From: an uncultured delta proteobacterium
Lineage (GTDB): Bacteria > Desulfobacterota > Desulfobaccia > Desulfobaccales > 0-14-0-80-60-11
Assembly (NCBI GenBank): GCA_963768765.1
Contig: CAVYJK010000019.1
Location: forward strand, 11,604-75,603
Direction: 5' to 3'
Length of the DNA: 64,000 bases
The translations under genes and the position numbers were made by a program. Below the pieces are notes generated by a model. That model was not told the DNA's origin and searched no databases. It saw only the letters and a program-made list of their open reading frames with translations. Within the stretch, counting starts at the first letter, position 1. Each line of letters opens with the position of its first letter. This document shows positions 60,343 to 64,000 of this stretch, in pieces.

Positions 60343-61320
60343 GTGGACGAAGTTTTGCCTGGCGAAATCAACTACCTGCGGGTCTCCATCACCGACCGCT
60401 GCAATCTGCGGTGCTTCTACTGCACCCCCTGGGGGGGCTGGGAGAAGCTGCCGGCCCCGGAAATCCTGCGCTACGAGGAACTGTTGCGCCTGGCCGGGGT
60501 GGCCGCCCAGGTGGGCATCCGCAAGGTCCGGGTCACCGGCGGCGAGCCCCTGGTGCGCCGGGGGGCCTTGGAATTCATCCAGAGCCTGCACCGGGTCCCG
60601 GGTCTCCACGAAGTCTGCCTCACCACCAACGGGGTGCTGCTGCCGGAGATGGCCGCGGACCTTTACGCCACGGGGCTGCGCCACCTCAACCTCAGCCTGG
60701 ACACCCTGCGCCGGGACCGCTACCGGCAGCTCACCGGCCACGACGACTTCCTTAAGGTGCTGGCCGGCATCCAGGCCGCCGCGGCCCTGGGCTTCCATCC
60801 TTTAAAGATCAACTGCGTGGTGCTCAAGGGCCTCAACGACGACGAACTGCTGGACTTCGCCCTCCTGACCCGGGAAAACCCCTACCAGGTGCGGTTCATC
60901 GAGTTCATGCCCACCGTGGCCCGGGAGCGCTGGAAGCGCCATTTCCTGCCCATGGCCGAGGTGCGCCGGAAACTTTCAGTCCTGGGAGCCCTAGCGCCCG
61001 TGGCCCAGCCCCCCACCGCCGGCCCCGCCCGGACCTACCAATTGCCGGGTTTTCAGGGAGAGCTGGGGTTTATCAGCTCCGTCAGCGACCACCACTGCCC
61101 CACCTGCAACCGGCTGCGCCTCACCGCGGCGGGGATGCTCAGGCCCTGCCTCTTCGCCACGCCGGAGTTGGACCTGAAGGGCCCCCTGCGCCGAGGGGCC
61201 GACGACGAGTCCCTGGGCCGCCTGTTTAAGGAGGCCATGCGTCTGAAGGGCCAGGGCCTCAAATCTTCCTTAAGCGAGTCCTCTTTCCCCGGCCGCGCCA
61301 TGGTCAGCATCGGCGGCTGA
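60343..61320 (+). CDS. moaA: GTP 3',8-cyclase
   Basis: YLRVSITDRCNLRCFYC, TGGEP, RFIEFMP, CPTCNRLRLT..C, C-terminal IGG. Confidence 0.95.
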   Translation: MDEVLPGEINYLRVSITDRCNLRCFYCTPWGGWEKLPAPEILRYEELLRLAGVAAQVGIRKVRVTGGEPLVRRGALEFIQSLHRVPGLHEVCLTTNGVLLPEMAADLYATGLRHLNLSLDTLRRDRYRQLTGHDDFLKVLAGIQAAAALGFHPLKINCVVLKGLNDDELLDFALLTRENPYQVRFIEFMPTVARERWKRHFLPMAEVRRKLSVLGALAPVAQPPTAGPARTYQLPGFQGELGFISSVSDHHCPTCNRLRLTAAGMLRPCLFATPELDLKGPLRRGADDESLGRLFKEAMRLKGQGLKSSLSESSFPGRAMVSIGG

Positions 61321-61545
61321 CCTGCCCTTTAAGAGGATGCTGAAAAAGTGTTTTAGGGGAGGGCCGGGGGATTTTTCGTAAGGGCGCCCCCCGCCCTCCC
61401 CTAAGACCCCTTCCATCCCCCCAAAATGAATAAAGAGAGACATTCTGTTAAACCGGGAAACCTCATTTCCAAGAAGGAAAAAAACTAACATCTTTCCCCT
61501 AACTGAGGTATATAATTAAAAGATTAACTTTCAGGAGCCAAGTGC

Positions 61546-62235
61546 ATGAAGCTCAGCATCGTCATTCCGGTTTACAACGAAAAAGACACCCTGGAAGAAA
61601 TCTTCCGGTTGGTGCAGCTTACCCCCTACGACAAAGAGATCGTCGCGGTGGACGACGCCTCCACCGATGGCTCCCGGGATATCCTGGCCCGCCTGGCCCA
61701 GGAGTATGAAAACGTCAAGGTGTTTTATCACGACCGCAACCAGGGCAAGGGCGCCGCCCTGCGCACCGGGTTCGCCCAGGTGACGGGTGACGTGGTCATC
61801 ATCCAGGACGCGGACCTGGAGTACCGGCCGGTGGATTACCCGGCCTTGCTGGAGCCCATCGGGCAGAATGTGGCCGACGTGGTCTACGGCAGCCGCATGG
61901 TGGGCGGCCGGCCCCACCGGGTGCTGTTTTTCTGGCATTACATGGGCAACCGGGTGGTCACCACCCTGTCCAACGTGTTCACCAACCTCAATCTCTCCGA
62001 CATGGAGGTGGGCTACAAGGTCTTCAAGGCCGAAGTTTTGAAAGATCTCCGGATCAAGAGCGACCGCTTCGGGGTGGAGCCCGAGCTCACCGCCAAGATC
62101 GCCAGGGGGCGCTGGCGCATTTACGAGGTTCCCATCCAGTACCACGGCCGGGACTACGCCCACGGCAAAAAGATCACCTGGCGGGACGGCATCGCCGCGG
62201 TCTTTCATATCATCCGGTTCCGTTTCTGGGATTAA
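61546..62235 (+). CDS. GT2 glycosyltransferase (polyprenol-phosphate sugar synthase-like)
   Basis: IVIPVYNE, VDDASTDGS, NQGKGAA, QDADLEY, VYGSR, GKKITWRDG. Confidence 0.9.
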   Translation: MKLSIVIPVYNEKDTLEEIFRLVQLTPYDKEIVAVDDASTDGSRDILARLAQEYENVKVFYHDRNQGKGAALRTGFAQVTGDVVIIQDADLEYRPVDYPALLEPIGQNVADVVYGSRMVGGRPHRVLFFWHYMGNRVVTTLSNVFTNLNLSDMEVGYKVFKAEVLKDLRIKSDRFGVEPELTAKIARGRWRIYEVPIQYHGRDYAHGKKITWRDGIAAVFHIIRFRFWD

Positions 62236-62329
62236 CTACTAAGGCGAAAAGGGGAAAGGGGATGATTAATTACCCGAATTTTTTGCCTTCCCGCCTCTTC
62301 GCCTTTTCCCCTTTTCGCCCCGTTGCAAT

Positions 62330-62833
62330 ATGTTGCAGGCAAGAAACTGGAAAGTCTGGTTATTAAGAGGAATCCTCTTACTCTGGGGCCTCCAGGTAAT
62401 CTGGCTGTTCTTTCACTTCGCCCCGGAAGTGCGGGACCTGACCCGGAGGCTGGCCGCCGGCGACGTGGGTGCCGCCATCCGGCAGGAAGACCCCCTCTAC
62501 CCGTGGCTCAAGTCCCTGGCCGCCATTATTCCGGAGCAGGCCACCTACGTCTTTCTGGATGACTACGAAGCCGGCAAAGAGATCGAAGCCCGCTATTTCC
62601 TGGCGCCCCGGCGGCACATCTTGCTCTCGCCCCAGGCGCCGGCCGACTTTCTCTTCTATGTGTGCCACCAGGACAAGGCGTCTTTTCTGATCATCCGGGA
62701 CACCGGAAAGCCGCTGGGGCCCGGGGCGCGGGCGGCCCGGCGCTCCCCCGCCTTCCACCCGGTGGCTCTCCCCGGGCCCGGCCTGGTCTTCCGGGTGGAC
62801 CACCAATTGCTCGGGTGGGGCTTCTATGATTGA
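62330..62833 (+). CDS. Hypothetical membrane-anchored protein
   Basis: N-terminal TM segment; overlaps the start of the next gene. Confidence 0.65.
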   Translation: MLQARNWKVWLLRGILLLWGLQVIWLFFHFAPEVRDLTRRLAAGDVGAAIRQEDPLYPWLKSLAAIIPEQATYVFLDDYEAGKEIEARYFLAPRRHILLSPQAPADFLFYVCHQDKASFLIIRDTGKPLGPGARAARRSPAFHPVALPGPGLVFRVDHQLLGWGFYD

Positions 62834-64000
62834 GACCGTCCTGGCCCTCCTGCGCCTTTTCCTGGGCCTGGGGGCGGTGGTCCTCATGGGCTACGCCCTG
62901 GTGGCGGTCCTGGCGCCGGACCCCGGGGACTATAGCCTGGCGGAGCGAGCCGCCCTGGGTTTCGGAGCGGGCACCCTGACCCTGACCCTCTGGATGCTGG
63001 CCCTCACCTGGGGGGGCCTGCCCTTCGGTCTGGCCCTCATCCTGGGGCCCCTCCTGGTCCTGACCGCGGCCCTGCTCCTCACTCCCCGGGGCCGGGCGGC
63101 CCTGGCCGCGGACCGGCGCGCCCTGGGCTCGGGCCTGCACTTGAGCCTCAGTGGCTGGGACTGGCTCCTGGCGGGCCTGCTGGCGGCCGTCTTCCTTTTT
63201 GCCGGGCTCCGGGCGGCTCTCTACCCCATGTGGTCCTGGGACGCCATCGCCATCTGGGGCTGCAAGGCCAAGGTCTTTTACGCCACCCGGGGCCTGGACC
63301 TCACCTGCATCGACGCCCACAACTATTACCCCAACCTGGTCCCCTTGCTGTTAAGCTACCTTTACTTCTGCCTGGGCCAGGTGAACGACTATCTGGCCAA
63401 ACTCGTCTTTCCCCTGTGGGGGGCGCTGCTGCTGACCCTGCTTTACTGGTTTGCCGTGCGCCTGGGGCTGACCCGGCGCCAGGCCCTGGGGCTCACCACC
63501 TTTTTCGCCTGGAACGGCACCGTGTTCATTGTTCACCTCTATATTGCCTACGCCGATCTGGCCCTGGCCTACTTCACCCTGGGGGCCGCGGGCCTCATCT
63601 ACCTCTGGCTGATGGGCTCCGCCCCCCGGGGCAGCCTGACGTTGGCGGCCTGTTTCCTGGCCGGCATGGCCTGGTGCAAGTACGAAGGCCCGCCCCTGGC
63701 CGCCACCATTATCCTGGCTGCGGCCTTAACCCTGGTCTGGCTGCGGCCCCCGAAATGGTTGAGGCGCCTGGGGGAACTAACCGTGCCCCTGGCGGGGCTT
63801 GCGGCTGGTTATCTCCCTTGGCGCCTCTTTGCCCTCCGGCAAAACCTGGAAATGGGTGCGGACCATATGCAGAGCTTCTACCCGCACCAGCTTCTGGAGG
63901 CGGTCTCCTACCTGCTGCAGGCCTTGGGACAGCCCTATTATTTTGGGTTTTTGTGGCCCGCCCTGCTCCTGGCCCTCGTCTTCTCAGGCAAGCGCCTGTG
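62826..64000 (+). CDS. Multi-pass membrane protein, GT-C/ArnT-like glycosyltransferase; runs off the window
   Basis: Read manually from ATG 62826: many TM helices, WSWDAIAIWGCKAK, YYPNLVP, YADL, KYEG. Confidence 0.7.
   Translation, partial: MIETVLALLRLFLGLGAVVLMGYALVAVLAPDPGDYSLAERAALGFGAGTLTLTLWMLALTWGGLPFGLALILGPLLVLTAALLLTPRGRAALAADRRALGSGLHLSLSGWDWLLAGLLAAVFLFAGLRAALYPMWSWDAIAIWGCKAKVFYATRGLDLTCIDAHNYYPNLVPLLLSYLYFCLGQVNDYLAKLVFPLWGALLLTLLYWFAVRLGLTRRQALGLTTFFAWNGTVFIVHLYIAYADLALAYFTLGAAGLIYLWLMGSAPRGSLTLAACFLAGMAWCKYEGPPLAATIILAAALTLVWLRPPKWLRRLGELTVPLAGLAAGYLPWRLFALRQNLEMGADHMQSFYPHQLLEAVSYLLQALGQPYYFGFLWPALLLALVFSGKRL

Overview
GC-rich bacterial chromosomal window, most consistent with a Desulfobacterota/deltaproteobacterial anaerobe (Desulfobacca-like; inferred from gene style and content, not from a marker gene). 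It holds about 55 CDS. Most are housekeeping or envelope genes: SQR-like oxidoreductase, selenocysteine formate dehydrogenase alpha subunit, aroF/aroB, mnmA, mtaB, lpxC, GH57 branching enzyme, pyk, EndoQ-UvrD fusion, tamAB, mgtA, an amino-sugar salvage set, hicBA, gyrA, gpsA, pfk, metG and moaA. There is one cobalamin riboswitch, and I saw no rRNA, tRNA, CRISPR array or transposase. Many genes, including essential gyrA and metG, carry single frameshifts that look like long-read indel errors. Three things stand out. (1) UGA recoding is hidden from the ORF track: a canonical Sec FdhF, a rhodanese with a double-UGA U-T-U motif beside a Cys paralog, and a candidate small lipoprotein with Cys-UGA followed by a SECIS-like hairpin at canonical spacing. 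(2) A dense set of palindromic REP-like repeats is often packaged inside terminal-inverted-repeat (MITE-like) shells, sometimes nested and sometimes translated in frame inside proteins. (3) Several small regulated orphan genes occur: a B12-riboswitch-controlled 86-aa gene, a sigma54-driven VPLPA-CTERM-like microgene and a signal-peptide-bearing TrmO.
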